Shown: positions 1 through 13,155, counted from the whole stretch's first letter. The stretch: 63,979 bases of DNA, filler included, from Bigelowiella natans CCMP2755 (GCA_000320545.1; 6 parts of 6 records of this genome joined end to end with filler, not necessarily neighbours in it); one strand, 5' to 3'. Program-made: numbers and translations. Notes: generated by a model from the sequence alone, not told the origin.

Positions 1-116
1 GTTTATTCTCACTACTCCTCGTCAGTCTTTATTGTTCGTCTGGAGAGTCGAAGAGCGATGGCAGCGAGTATGGATCATTTCTTTTCCTACACACAATACA
101 CGCACACATATTTATA

Positions 117-150
<34 letters not shown>

Positions 151-429
151 AATATATATATATACATATATATATATATTATTTACATTACATATATGTG
201 TAAGTGTGCTTGCGGGCGCACGTTTTTGAATTAAAATACAAGAAGCAATGACCACTCAGCAACGAATCAATCGATATTGCAATGATTCCTATTTTCACCA
301 TCATTATCATCCTTATGATCTTCCTCACCGCCTCAACTTCTTCTTCAGATCTCCCACGCCAGCAGAGATAAAATCATCCTACTTCAGTGCCTCTTCCTTC
401 GGTGAGTAAGTCACAGCATGAATTAAATT

Positions 430-461
<32 letters not shown>

Positions 462-1105
462 AATCATCATCATAATCAGATAAGGGCAAAAATGCGGATT
501 ACAAGAGCAATCTAGGAAGTAAGTCAAACATAGATTAGAAGGGGGAGAGAGCGGGGGGGGGGGGGGGGGGGGATCAACTGAAGAGTAGAAAAATATTTAA
601 AACGGCAGTAGTTACTTGTCGTAAGAAGAAGGTCAAGGGGTAGACAAGTATCTTCAATAATGATAATTGAGCCCCCCCCCGCCCCCCCCCCTTTCCTTTC
701 TGTGTGTTGGTGTGTGCATACGTTCGCGTCTTCTCTGTGTGCTGTGTGTGTTGGACACTGCATGCATAATCTAGATATCCAAGGGCAGCAACCTAGCCGC
801 GTTGGGGAGGGGAAGGGCGACATATCTCTCTCCGGATTTCCAAAGCGCTCCGGTAGCCCTGAGTTCCAAAGGTATGAGTGCTTCTCGATGATCACGACGA
901 TGACAATCAACGACGATGATAATCAACGACCGACAAGAACCTGCTTTCGAATGGCGTGAATGTGTTGGGGGTTTTGCACAGGCAGTCACCATTCTCTCAT
1001 CGTCACCACCACCATCATCATCATCATCAAATCTTTCACATCTCCAAACAACAAAAATTAAATCGCAACCTCGATCCGTCTCGCCACCCTCGCATGCCCA
1101 TGCTC

Positions 1106-1152
<47 letters not shown>

Positions 1153-1700
1153 ATCGATCTATATGATGATGATGACGATGGTGATGATGGCAGGATACTG
1201 GATATTGTGGACAAGGCGCTGATAGAGGACCTGAAAAACGAGTTCTCTCAGGTAGTAGTAGGAGGAGTAGGAGGGGGAGGAGAAGGAGGAGGAGAGCGGG
1301 GGCAGATTACTATTCGAATTGTGACAGCTTGAATCAACAACATGCTCACTCTCACACGTACACATAACATACACATGCATTTAAAATTAGGTTTCACTGG
1401 AACTCAAGTTCCCTGCTGATATGCTGCGTCCGCCGCACCAAACTGAGTACTCCACACACACACACACTCTCACTCACTCACTCACTCACTCACTCACTCA
1501 CTTACTCACTCACTATCACATCTCCTGTACGACTAGTGGGGGTGGGGGTGCCATGCATGTGCTACGATGCCGCCGACGACGATGAGAGGAGATGATGAAA
1601 CGCTGTGCGGCTTTTACGTTTATCTCTCCATGTGTTGATGTGATTTGTATGAAACATCTAAATATGTCAATACTGTGTTTGCTACATATTCTCAGGGTAA

Positions 1701-1731
<31 letters not shown>

Positions 1732-1850
1732 ATTTGTTTGTTGTATAGGTTCTTTCCGTGCGGTTTTGAAGACTGCATTTACTGTGCAGTGAGGTAGAGA
1801 ACCGATGTGCTTCAATACGCATACACTCCAACAAAACAACATGCAATCAG

Positions 1851-1898
<48 letters not shown>

Positions 1899-1934
1899 AT
1901 TTACATTTATGTATATCATATCTATGTGTGTACA

Positions 1935-1972
<38 letters not shown>

Positions 1973-2215
1973 GTATACATATTAAATCTGACATTGAGTG
2001 CTGCTGGTATATGCAAAAGGACTTCGCTGCTGAAGAATCTAGACCTGGTTCATACCGATGTAAAGGTGAGAAATGATGCCCACCCGCTGCCACTAGCAAC
2101 AATAACAACAATAACAACGACTACATTTCATAATAATAATTGCCATCGAAACCTTCAGTGTTTTCTCTTTAAAGACTCGTATTTTTGTTGAAAAAAAAAT
2201 GAAATATAAAATATA

Positions 2216-2274
<59 letters not shown>

Positions 2275-2562
2275 AATGAGCGCCCTTTGCAGCAGCGTGA
2301 CATCACTAGCCCAGTGTTCTCTCTCACCAAAGCTCTTTCTCCATAAACTTAAATTATATAGGACAAAGTCGAAGAATTGGTTCAGATGATGGTCAACGCA
2401 GAGAAGGTAGAACCAAGGAATGCTAATCAAGGCCAAACCATACTTTTCCATAGATCTAGCACCATCTCGTTGGTGCTGTCGCTAAATCACCATGTTTGTC
2501 TCTCTCAGGCACCCACAAATGCGGACTTAAACCTCATACACACCGATGTACGCTCGGAGTAA
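1..2562 (+). CDS. 3' part of multi-exon hypothetical protein (5' end outside window)
   Basis: Short GT-AG-bounded exons between microsatellite introns join in frame: ...RILDIVDKALIEDLKNEFSQ|VSLELKFPADMLRPPHQTE|FFPCGFEDCIYCAVR|TSLLKNLDLVHTDVK|MMVNAEK|APTNADLNLIHTDVRSE* (TAA ends 2562). No family recognised. Confidence 0.55.
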
Positions 2563-2960
2563 GTTCCATCGGCACAAAAGGCAGAAAAGAGCAGCGTTGC
2601 AGAAGATGCAGTTGTGTAGTGATACGTAGAGACACAGAGGGACCCCCATTATCTTCAGATGAGGGGGTTTATCCCCGGTCGATGACACATTGCTGCATGC
2701 GTCTAGACTCATCACGTCGGATCGGAACACGCGCACATACGGAAGCAAAAGCAAAAACCCAACTAGTATAAACAACAAATAATCGCCTACACGCGGTGCC
2801 TTATTTGTTACTAGATCACATAGTCTATCTAGTTTACGACTTCTAGATAGAGATGGGTCTTTGTTGACATGCTAGCATGGTGCGGCATGCACGCATATCA
2901 ATTACATGAGGAGTGCAGCGTAGCTAGAGTGCTAGAGTAAGCATGCTAGCATGTATACTA

Positions 2961-3070
2961 TATAGTGGCAGAAACTAACAGACACAACATCAGCGCTGTA
3001 GCCGCTGCATTGCACAGCTACATCAGGATGACCATTGAAAAAATTTAATTTGTTCATTACATCCGTCTCA
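2961..3070 (-). repeat. Dispersed ~80-110 bp repeat, copy A
   Basis: Reverse complement TGAGACGGATGTAATGAACAAATTAAATTTTTTCAATGGTCATCCTGATGTAGCTGTGCAATGCAGCGGCTACAGC matches three other copies in the window. Confidence 0.8.
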
Positions 3071-3439
3071 TACTATATAGTGTATAGCGCTAGCTAGCTA
3101 GAGCGGGAGACACAACTGTGACGCCTAGCTAGCTAGCCATGGCATTAGATGGCTAGGCGTCGTACTAGCGTGTACAATACAGGCTATAGCAGTACACATA
3201 GCATGCATCGCATGATGTGCAGTGCTAGCGCACACTATTCCGCTTTCTGTACATGCACATCTGTAATTAATATATGCACTGCACATGCCTGCGCAAAAAC
3301 AACTGATCGTATGCCGATAACGCACTATTTAAAGTATGTGCACATTTTTTAGATCCCTACATCACCGGATGATGCATGCTACGAGAAAATAAACTGAGCA
3401 CGAATCTTGCTACTCGAATTCTAAAGACCTACGTCTCAT

Positions 3440-4448
3440 TTATTGAGCCTGAATAGTTGTGATAGCTCCAGATACAAGGCCAACGATGGTCAAAACTGGA
3501 AGTCCAGCCAGAAGCAGAGGAGCAACAAAAGTTCCAATGTCACGATCAACAGTGGCCTGTTGATTTTCGAGGGTAGTGACATCCAACATAGCAGCCTCCA
3601 TCTTCTTCTCCTCGGATGACACAAATCTGTATGGAGAAAAAATACTCTCACAATCTATCGGAAAGTTCTGCAAAGAAATTGCTTATGGCATGAAAAAACG
3701 ACCACAACAACAAATTTCAATTCATGACGAAATGTGTGGAGGTGTGTGTAGAGTTTACGCTGTCTTCTCAGAGAATTGCTTGCTGAGGTCCTCGTAGAGT
3801 GCATCCTGAAAAATTAACATTTGATAAGAATACCAGACACAAAAAACCGCTCTCGTTGTTTCGGTTACCGCTTTCATTGAGAACTCATCAGGGTACTTAG
3901 ACTCAATGTCCCTCTTGAAGGACTGAGTTAGGGAATGATGTCAGCTCGGTGGTGGAGTTCGATGGCGGATGACATAAATGGCATAGATGACACGGATGGA
4001 TCGGGGTTATGCATAATTTTTAAAAGTACTTACGTCGAAGTCAGTGATAGCTGCGTTCATACGCATGCGAGGGGACCTGATACTTATATGTGAGGAAGAG
4101 AAATATGAAGCCTGTGTGCTCGATTACCTCATAGCAGGGAAAGCCGGGGTGAAGGCCCTAGTACGAGCAGCAGTTGCAGCCCCAACATTTCCTGTATCAT
4201 TCGTGCTTTTTAAGTTTACGACACTTTCGAAAACTCACGATGAAAAATACAACACGGATGCAATGCTCCCTCCTTGTTTAAAAATAAAAGCAAAAGTTTA
4301 GCCTTTGCGTACCGGTTCCAGAAGTAGCGAAAAGGAAGACGCAAATGAGTGCAGCATTTGCCAGAAGGAGTCCGGTAAGGACTCGCGAGGACACGCGGAA
4401 GGTGGAAGTCTTCTTCTGTGAATCGTTAAGGGGGGCGTAGGCGTGCAT
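3440..4448 (-). CDS. Small plastid-targeted protein with bipartite leader and C-terminal transmembrane segment (7 exons)
   Basis: Spliced product MHAYAPLNDSQKKTSTFRVSSRVLTGLLLANAALICVFLFATSGT|GNVGAATAARTRAFTPAFPAMR|SPRMRMNAAITDFD|SFKRDIESKYPDEFSMKA|DALYEDLSKQFSEKTA|NFFAELSDRL|FVSSEEKK...FVAPLLLAGLPVLTIVGLVSGAITTIQAQ*. Hydrophobic signal peptide, then an R/A/T-rich acid-free transit-like peptide; all introns GT-AG. Confidence 0.7.
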
Positions 4449-5108
4449 GATGGGGTGTATGCGTATTCAAGCCCACACTGCTTCAGACACAAAATGATAT
4501 AATTTTCAAGATTCTGTATTGAAATTGTATATCATTCCGTATTCAGAGACACGCTCTTTTTTTTTTTACTATTTCGATCGTACGGCTTTAGAGGTATCGT
4601 AGACACCCTCGGAGAATGTCAGTTACTCTGGAACTCTCTTGTTGGCTCGTGGTCGCTTGCTCGATCTATGCATACAAGATAAAATGCAATGTAATATATT
4701 CTTACGACATAATATATGACGCAAAAAGGCAATAAATTACAATGTTTCGCTTGCTCATTTTCCCTGCCGAATGGGCGCGTAAAGGTTCCTTTCAGAGCTA
4801 ATCTTCGAATTTCGGCTCACAATAATTTAAAACAATAGACGATTCAGCTAGAAAATCGACTAATATTTGAACCTAGAACTCGATTTAAGGCGATACCAAA
4901 GGCATACCTTATTCACAGAAGGATCTGAGAAAAGACAAGGGCCGCAGGAGCTTTCTTTGGCACCCGGTTAGTGACGATGAAGTCCCGGATATGTTCGCCG
5001 AGAAGGAAGTGCTCTTGATGAATGACGTAGTTCTGGCAATAATACCAAAAAATGCATCTAAAAGGGTATATGAGTAAAGAAGGATTCATTTTCATTGCAA
5101 TCCTAATT

Positions 5109-5191
5109 GACTGGATGGCCGAGCTGGTCTAAGGCGCTACGTTAAGGCCGTAGTCCATTCGTGGGCGAGGGTTCGAATCCCTCTTCAGTCA
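5109..5191 (+). tRNA. trnL(AAG): tRNA-Leu (anticodon AAG)
   Basis: Acceptor stem GACTGGA/TTCAGTC+A, D-arm GCCGAGCTGGTCTAAGGC, anticodon stem CTACG/CGTAG with loop TTAAGGC, long variable arm, T-arm GAGGG-TTCGAAT-CCCTC. Oligo-T Pol III terminator follows. Confidence 0.95.
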
Positions 5192-5500
5192 CATTATTTT
5201 CTTTTTTCATAGTGCTTTTTTTTTTGCACATATGCCATAGACGGAGACCAGTGTTGTCGTTGTTGTATGATTTCTAGCAGTAGTCTAAGTCAAACCTCCC
5301 TGTAAAAATGGACTAGCTCATCCTCAGCACCAAGGATCATCGTCTCGGCCAACACGAGGTTTCCAGCGAACTCACCTGCTACTTCGATCGGACCCAGAGA
5401 CTGCACTGAAACCATCGAGGGAGGATAGCCTCCTCCTCGTGGGACAATTTTTTAATCCTTTGACGCTCCTTCCCATCGTCTCTGATATAGTCCGACAGTT

Positions 5501-8469
5501 ATGTCCCAGGCGGCGTGTCGCCGATTGGTGCACAGCCGGTGGATGCGCAATTTGAGGAGATGTCATTTGCGAACCGAGTTCTCGACGTCATTGTTTGGCA
5601 GAATACAGCTACATGGCATCAGGACTCTCAGTCTCCTCACAACGAATCGTAGCCATAACCTTCTAACCGCACTTTCACTAGCAAAGTCCACAAACTCACC
5701 CACTCCCTTCTGTTCAGATGACACTGCCACGGTACCGGATACGGAAGAGGAGAAGCAGAGCCAAACTCGCGAGTTGAACTTCGCTAGTCAGCTGAAATAC
5801 ATTGACCAGAAAATCGACAACAGATACCGTCTGTACAAGAATGAAAATCGCAACCGAGACATTCCAGATCCTGAAGGAGGGTGGACTACGGGCGGGGTTC
5901 ACGATGCCGTCGCAACGATGATTGACAAGGGAGAGGTTCTCATGGCTGTTGATTACGTGTCGAAGTACTATTCGAATATGAATGACGGGCCAAGCCTGAG
6001 AGTCGAAACCTATAATAATCTTCTAGCGGCACTGGTGGAGAAAGACAACTCTGAGCTTGTCGTTCAAATTCTTGAAGAAATGATTACCGAAAGGAATATA
6101 GAACCCGACGTTCAAACATACAATTGTATCCTGGAGATGTATGGACGCCAGAATATCTCAGAGATGGTGCAGACAGCGAAAGACATGAATGCTGCCAAGA
6201 TTGCTCCGAATCGCGAAACCTTCCACACACTCATTCGCCACCTCTCCAAATTGTCCGACATCACTCCATGCATGAACATAGTCCAAAACATGTTTCGTCA
6301 GGAAATTGCACCTAACCATTGTACTTACAAAGTATTGATGGATTCCTTTATCATGCAAGGCCGATATGAGGAAGCAAAGCAGGTTCTCTCACAGGCTATT
6401 TGCAAAGGTGAAAGCGCCGACGACGAAGACGCCAGCATAGCAGATTTTTCAGCATCATCCGTGGATGTTCTAGGCTCTGCACTGCGTATCTACGCCCACA
6501 TGCATGACACAGAATCGCTCCAGAAAGTCTTCGACGCGTTGGTGGTAGACGACGGACTGGCAGAGATTGACAGCGGGGAAATGGATGCATATTTTTACGC
6601 GCTGCTGCAGGCAAATGACATGACTTCCTTTCTGAGCGCGTTGGACACGTGCAGCAGAAAGGGTGTCTTTCCCTCATATGCAGTGATACAGTGCGGTGCC
6701 AATCGAATGAGCGCCAATAGGGATGACCCTGGGTTTAGTAGCTTGATGAAATCCATGGAGAGAGCGTCTGTGGTGCCAGGCATGGTGCTTTTGAACCAGA
6801 TGCTGCAGACCCACACGACGTGCAACAACTTGGAAGCTGCGATGAAAGTGTTTAGAATGGTGCGGGAGCGAAGGCTCAGAGTCGACTTGAATGCTCTCCA
6901 AGCAATGCTGAGATGCCTGTGCAGGTCCCCAGATAAAATCGATGATATTTGGGAAGTTATCGGGCAGCTGGAGGAGGTGAACCTGCCTTTCACGATTTCT
7001 ACGTTCTCTACTGTAGTACGATCTCTCTGGGAATACTCCAGAGGCGCATCAGCAGCAGCAACCGCTGCCGCCTCTCCTCTCGCAGTGAGGTCATCGTCGG
7101 CCTCCAGCGCCAAAACCGAACGAAAGGGGCGGGAGAGGCACGAGGGGAGGGAGCGAATCAAAGCATTGATGGCGTACACGCTGCAAAGATGGCCTGGAGT
7201 ATTGCCGCGCCTTGGTGAAGCAGTTGCGAAGGACCTCGCCATCATCCTATGGAGATGGAGGCTACTAGACGAGACGGAGGAGTTCTTCAGGCGGTACCCC
7301 CCCTGGACACGGGATCTCCTAGCGAAGCTCACGCTCGAAATCGCTCACAGCAAACCTGTGAGCACCCGCGGGGGAGGTGAGGACCTGAAGGAGGAGAGAG
7401 AAAACTGGCATAGAATGATACGGGTGCTCATGGCGCAGGAAGAGGCCGTTGGCCCTTTCGGCTACATGTCGCTGCTCTCAGCCGTGATCAGTGATCATGG
7501 CTTCGACGATGAAGAGACCATAGATTTGTTAGCCGACCTGACACAGACGCAAATCGATAAAGATCCAGACGGCGTTAGCGGGGAGATGGGTCGCATGTAC
7601 TTAGGATACGCGCTCGAAGAGCCCCTTTTAAGATTGAGAATAATACCTCCCTCATCCTCATCATCCTCATCATCTGCTGACGAAGATCCAGCTGCCGCCG
7701 CTGCCACGGCGCAAAATGGACAACGACAGCGCCAGCACACCCAGCAGCAGTTGCAGCCTGGAGTACAGAGTGTCACAGCGATGTGTTGTTTTCCCTCGAG
7801 ATGTTATCTCGAATATCGCTCTTGATCAACGCGACCACATTTGATGTGGTGGTGAGGCAATGGGCGAGGGATGGGAATGCACGACAAGTCGTAAATACCA
7901 TCAGAGCGATGATCAACAGAGGGTTCAACCCCACCGCCACGCAATACAGGCACCTTGCCACCACGCTCATCCGGAACAACTCTAGCAAGAAGGTGACTAC
8001 GCCAGAGATCGCAGATGTCCTGGATATCATCTCGAACGCTGTGTCCAAGCAGCAGCGCATAGAAGACAAGGTGCTCACATGGATTCTTGCTGGAATCGCA
8101 CAATCCGTGCAGAGATTTCCTGAGATGTACTCCATAGCCTCAATTCGACGCTACTTGGCAATATTGGACAAAATTGCTCCCGATCCAGGTCCTTCCTATG
8201 AGCCATCATCATCATCATCATCAACATCACCATCACCATCATCATCAACATCATCGTCGCCATCGCTGCAATTCTTTGGGGGCGAGGAGAAGGAGCGAGG
8301 AGAGGGAAAGCAGCAGCAGCAGCAACAACAACAACAACACCAACACCGCAGTAAGAAGAACAACAACACCACCAACCAGCATAATTCCGAGTCGTCATCG
8401 TCATCATCATCATCATCATCATCATCATCGGCAGCAGCAGCATCTTTGGGAGAAGCAGAGAGTAGTAGT

Positions 8470-8502
<33 letters not shown>

Positions 8503-8936
8503 TCTCTTCCTGCCGATGAAGGAGGTGATGGTGCTGCTGGCGGAGGATTCAATTACTTTTTGACCGGTGGGGCCATCGATAGATTGCATGGTGGGGGAAC
8601 TACTACTGGGAAGAAGGAACTCACCGACGGCATCAACGGAAAGAACCTGCAGCAACCTCCACAACACCACGGTGCTTCTTCTTCCTCCTCCTCCTCCTCC
8701 TCCTCCTCCTCCTCCTCGGACTCACTGGACATCGCTGTGAGTGACAAACAGCACCCGCTGCAGCACTATTTGCACCTTCACAGAGCGTTGGCGAAGGTGC
8801 CGAGGACCGCATCTCTTGCTATCAACCTGGCTGTCGTCTTGATGAGAAAGAACTGGCTCTCGGTGCTGCTTCTTACCACCCACGCATGTTTCATTGATCG
8901 CCGTCATCGCCATCAAGACAGGCTTCGATTTGCTTA

Positions 8937-8992
<56 letters not shown>

Positions 8993-9268
8993 CTTCTTTC
9001 TGTAGTTTTCCCTTTCTCTGTAGAAATGGTGTGAGTGTCTTGTTTTTTGCTCGAGAGACGATACAGTGCCAACATCGCCAGACCGTCGTTTTAGATTCAA
9101 TTATCATTATTATTGTTGTTGTTGTTGTTGTGGTGGTGGTGGTGGTGGTGGTGTATTGTGCATCAGACCGGCGCCATGTACAACGAGATATCGACTGGGA
9201 TCGACGTCCAACACGAGATCGTGTATCTTTGCGAGCTGACTTCTGCGGCGATGAAGGTGGGGCATTGA
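5501..9268 (+). CDS. Pentatricopeptide repeat (PPR) protein, probably mitochondrial
   Basis: 774-aa ORF with PPR motifs (VETYNNLLAAL, PDVQTYNCILEMY, PNRETFHTLIRHL, PNHCTYKVLMDSF) and an Arg-rich N-terminal presequence-like region. It continues in another frame from ~7783 with a further PPR-like unit (TTFDVVVRQWARDGN...MINRGFNPT). A final intron (~8863-9166) leads to TGAMYNEIS...KVGH*. Confidence 0.8.
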
Positions 9269-9390
9269 TAGCAGCAGCTAATGCCACCAGTAGAAGGAAT
9301 AGTAGCAGCAGTAGCAGCAGCATCACGAATAGTCGTATCATTGAACTTACCGTATCACACTTGAGAAATTAAACAAGAAACCATCTAACG

Positions 9391-9465
<75 letters not shown>

Positions 9466-9584
9466 TTTATATTAAAAGCGTATTGGTGAGGTTGCTGCCG
9501 CTATTATTTATCATGTTGCCCCGTTCCTTGCCGACAACTGAATCGTCCTATTATTTTTCTTGATCTGCTGCTTGATTGACGTTA

Positions 9585-11031
9585 TGATGAGAAGGTCAAG
9601 CGTGAGCACCAAGCACCCATATTTGCACGCTTTCTGCGACGAATATCTTCCAATGAGTCGTTAACGGTAGTAGTAGTAACTCTTCTTCGTAGTCTAACCC
9701 TACCCCCCCCCCCCCCCCTGCCTGTTGCGTTTCTAATTAAGTACGATACGCCTCCAGCTCTTTAGTTATTTTCCCTTTGTTTCTGCCTTCGCGAGATAGA
9801 TAGATAGATGAATGGCGAGTCGTCGTCGTGGGGCATTATCTTGTGTAGTATTCATGATAGTAACATCCACGATTCCCAACGGTAGGATTCAGACTTTCGG
9901 ATCGCAATGGAGTTTGCCACCAAAGAAGGTGGGAAGGCGACAACCAAGCCATCCATCTATGTATCTATCTATCTATGATTTATCATCATCATCATCCTCA
10001 TCACCATCATTGTCCCGCAAGTCTTTATTCCACTGCGCTGGCATGATTGCTAGTCGCCGCTCGAAGAAGCATGCTGTCTTAGTAGTCCATCATCCTCCCC
10101 CCCCCCTTCAGCTCGTGAAATAATTGAAGACGGTACTGAGGAAGGTAGAAGCAAGCCCGTCGATTTGTTGGTCCTTTATCTCGACAGAACGGCACAGGTG
10201 GGGAGGCGGTGATGATGATGATGAAAAAGAGGAAGAAGAAGAAGAAGAAGACGACGATAGAGATCATAGTGAGAGATGAGAACACCAAGCATAGCATGCA
10301 CTTGCTTGATTTGGGGAAATGTGATTTTTTTCAAACTTTTCTATTGCAACTGCAGGTGTGGATCCTTCAATCGAATGAGAAGAAGCGCGACACATTGTTT
10401 GAGGTCCATAAATTGAGGCGTGTTTTTTCAGGGGGGGGGGGGGGGGGGATAACGAGTACAACAAATGAACGAGAAGAAGGATTTTTTGTAGCTACATCAA
10501 TAGTGTTATCTCTACTAAGACTCCTCCTCTTCCTCGTCCTCCTCATCCTTGTACTCCCTAGATGCTAGTGATGAAGTGCGTTTCCTTGGATTTATTTGAG
10601 ATTGCGGTGAGAAGGAAGCACATGCACATTCCTCAGTCAAACACAAATGCCCAACCAAACCAACACAGACGTGTGTGTATGTGCGTGTATGTGTGTGTAT
10701 GTGTGTGTATGTGTGTGTATGTGTGTGAGAGAGAGGGGGGGCGAACGAGGAAGAGAGCTGACACAGCGTGATTTGTTGTATCATATTGATTCATAAAACA
10801 GATTTTTTGGATGGGACTCTATCACAACTCGGAAACGAAGACAGTAATCCTACACTTAGATATAACGATAGATACTACATATGGCAAGTTTGTCGAAAAT
10901 CCCCGACGGTACTGCGAAAACACTGATAATTTTTGGTCCTACGAGACAGCCAGCAAGGCAATAATCATCTCAGTGCTTCAAACCTATTCTTGGCGTGCAA
11001 GCTCAACATACATATAAATATACACACCATA

Positions 11032-11068
<37 letters not shown>

Positions 11069-11193
11069 TATAAATTTATACATATATTGATATGTGTGTG
11101 TGTGTGTGTGTGTTATAATCTCAGGGCCCTATAAAGCAGCACATCATCGATATGCTTTATACAAAGTAAGAAGTCATTGAATATATCTGAAGT

Positions 11194-11232
<39 letters not shown>

Positions 11233-11250
11233 GCGACCGTAACTGAATAG
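9585..11250 (+). CDS. Multi-exon hypothetical protein (boundaries uncertain)
   Basis: GT-AG-bounded non-repetitive segments between SSR introns: DSDFRIAMEFATKE, TEEGRSKPVDLLVLYLDRTAQ, VWILQSNEKKRDTLFE, MLVMKCVSLDLFEIA, IFWMGLYHNSETKTVILHLD..., GPIKQHIIDMLYT. Confidence 0.4.
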
Positions 11251-11639
11251 ACTCTAATAATTATCCAAACAGTGCAAGGAAGAAGAAAAAACAAGAGTCT
11301 TTGTTCGATATGGAGATGCATCTAGCAGACATGGGTAATACATGCGAACAGTGTGTTTTCGAATTTTTTTGCTAGCGCAGAGACCAATCTTCTTCCCGTC
11401 GCCACTCTGACATCGGTCATCAATTCAATAGTGATTTTTAATTGTAAGGTGTGGACATTGAGGCACTGCGGCAAAGAAACGAAGAATAGCCGACAAATAC
11501 TACCACGCAAATTTGATAGGTGTAAAGTGACTGATGATCAGCAAATGTACACACATGTAAGTGAGGATATAAATGCGTTTGCGATTGTGCATTTACGTAC
11601 GTGTCCATTTTCGCCATTCATGTGGTCCAATGCAACAAT

Positions 11640-12790
11640 GTGGTGCGACCTAGCTATCGCAGCACAATGACAGCGATGCAATTTTTCCTCCGATGTGTCC
11701 TGCTTGTGCCGAATGTGCAGCGGTAATGACAATGATGTGCGATGGAAACAAGGCAACTGTTGTGTGCAACAGGTGTAGCACACACCATGGCCATCACGCA
11801 TGGCAGGCTGCGACGAGGTTCCAACAATCCATCTTGATTGCCATGTGTTCCGGGTCTTGTAGTCTGCAATGAGACTTCCTTGTGGGTGAGGCTGGCTTAG
11901 CTGAGCCCGCACGCTAGCACGCGTTCGGTTGGTTGCTGCTGCCTTGCGGTTGCAGTCCAACAGCTAGCTAGCCAGAACATCAGTGATCAGAGTGTTCTTT
12001 TGCACGTCTTTCCCTTCATTTCTTCTGATCTCTGTGACAACATCGATCAGTGCATGAACACAATCATGCACACGCACAATCTGATTTTCAACCCACTCAT
12101 TGGAGGAAAAACATCAGGCGTGTCCCACGATGGCACGTCCAGGCGCTGCTGCCGCACAGCCACAGAGCCAGACAGCGCTGCTGACTGGCTGCGTGGATTC
12201 CGTTCAGTGTGCAGCGCACGTGCATGCACTGTCTGTTGTGATGTGAGATTCAATTGAAATCATTTCTCAGTCGTTTGCACGTTTGTTGTGCAGGCACGCT
12301 TGCAGGCACGACACGCGCGATGCGTTGTGCACGCCAGCACGCCTGTCGTGTGCTGCACGGTCAACGATTGCACGATCGATCAATCCAGACGGGCAAGTGG
12401 TCAGTGAGTGATCCTGCAATCCCCTCCTCACTTTGCTTTGTCTGTCCGCAGTCTCGTGCCTGCACCTGTTCATGATCAGGCGCGCCGTCACGCACAAAGC
12501 ACTGCGAGCACAGGTCTGCCCCTTTCCTTGCACGCCCTGTCAACGTGCCAGAGTGCGTTTTGGACAATGAGCAGTGTGTCGCCCGATCGATTGAGCACGA
12601 CGAGAATTGCATCCAAGCTCACCTCAAACTTCCCATCTGTGATGCAGCAAGATCGGGAGCAGCTTTCTGAAATTGCACATTCCTGCACAAGATGCACACA
12701 GCTAGACAGGAAGTCATTGACTGCCGTTCGTCCAGATCCAGGGAGCATCCGAGGCAATGACGAGGAGAAGAAGGAAAAAAAGAGGAAGTG
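11640..12790. repeat. TpA-depleted, TG/CA-rich intergenic island (probable degenerate transposon DNA)
   Basis: No TA dinucleotide between 11970 and 12703; both bounding TAs are in CTAG. CpG remains common. No microsatellites and no credible spliced gene. Confidence 0.65.
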
Positions 12791-13155
12791 TTGGGGACAA
12801 AAGCGAGCAATCAGCCTAAGCAAATCTTCTGGAGCAATTGCTCATGTGCGCTTTATTTGCAGAAATGTTGGGGTATTTTCATCTTGATAGAACCTACAAA
12901 AAAAGTCTAAATCAGACCCTTGTCAGCAACATCATCGACAACAATCGGAATCTGGACCAGCGACGATGAGGAATCCACCATTTTCGATGCAATTTAGCGT
13001 TGCGACAATCTTTTAGAGCGTCCCTACGTAATAAATCCCATGATTTCCAGGATTTCCCGGCAAATTGACTGACGACGTTGCCTCACCGAGTAGATCTAAA
13101 CCCCCCTCTACTTACTCCTCTCCGCCACACAGGACAGAATCTTCCACAACGCATC

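Noticed and set aside
2030-2562. Twice-repeated L.L.HTDV motif resembling a kinase catalytic loop (IHTDLK)
   Set aside because: No other kinase subdomains are visible and the second copy is at the extreme C-terminus.
11640-12790. CpG-methylation decay as the explanation for TG/CA richness
   Set aside because: CpG is abundant in these islands while TpA is the missing dinucleotide, and several repeat pairs retain TA in one copy. Not formally excluded for individual sites.
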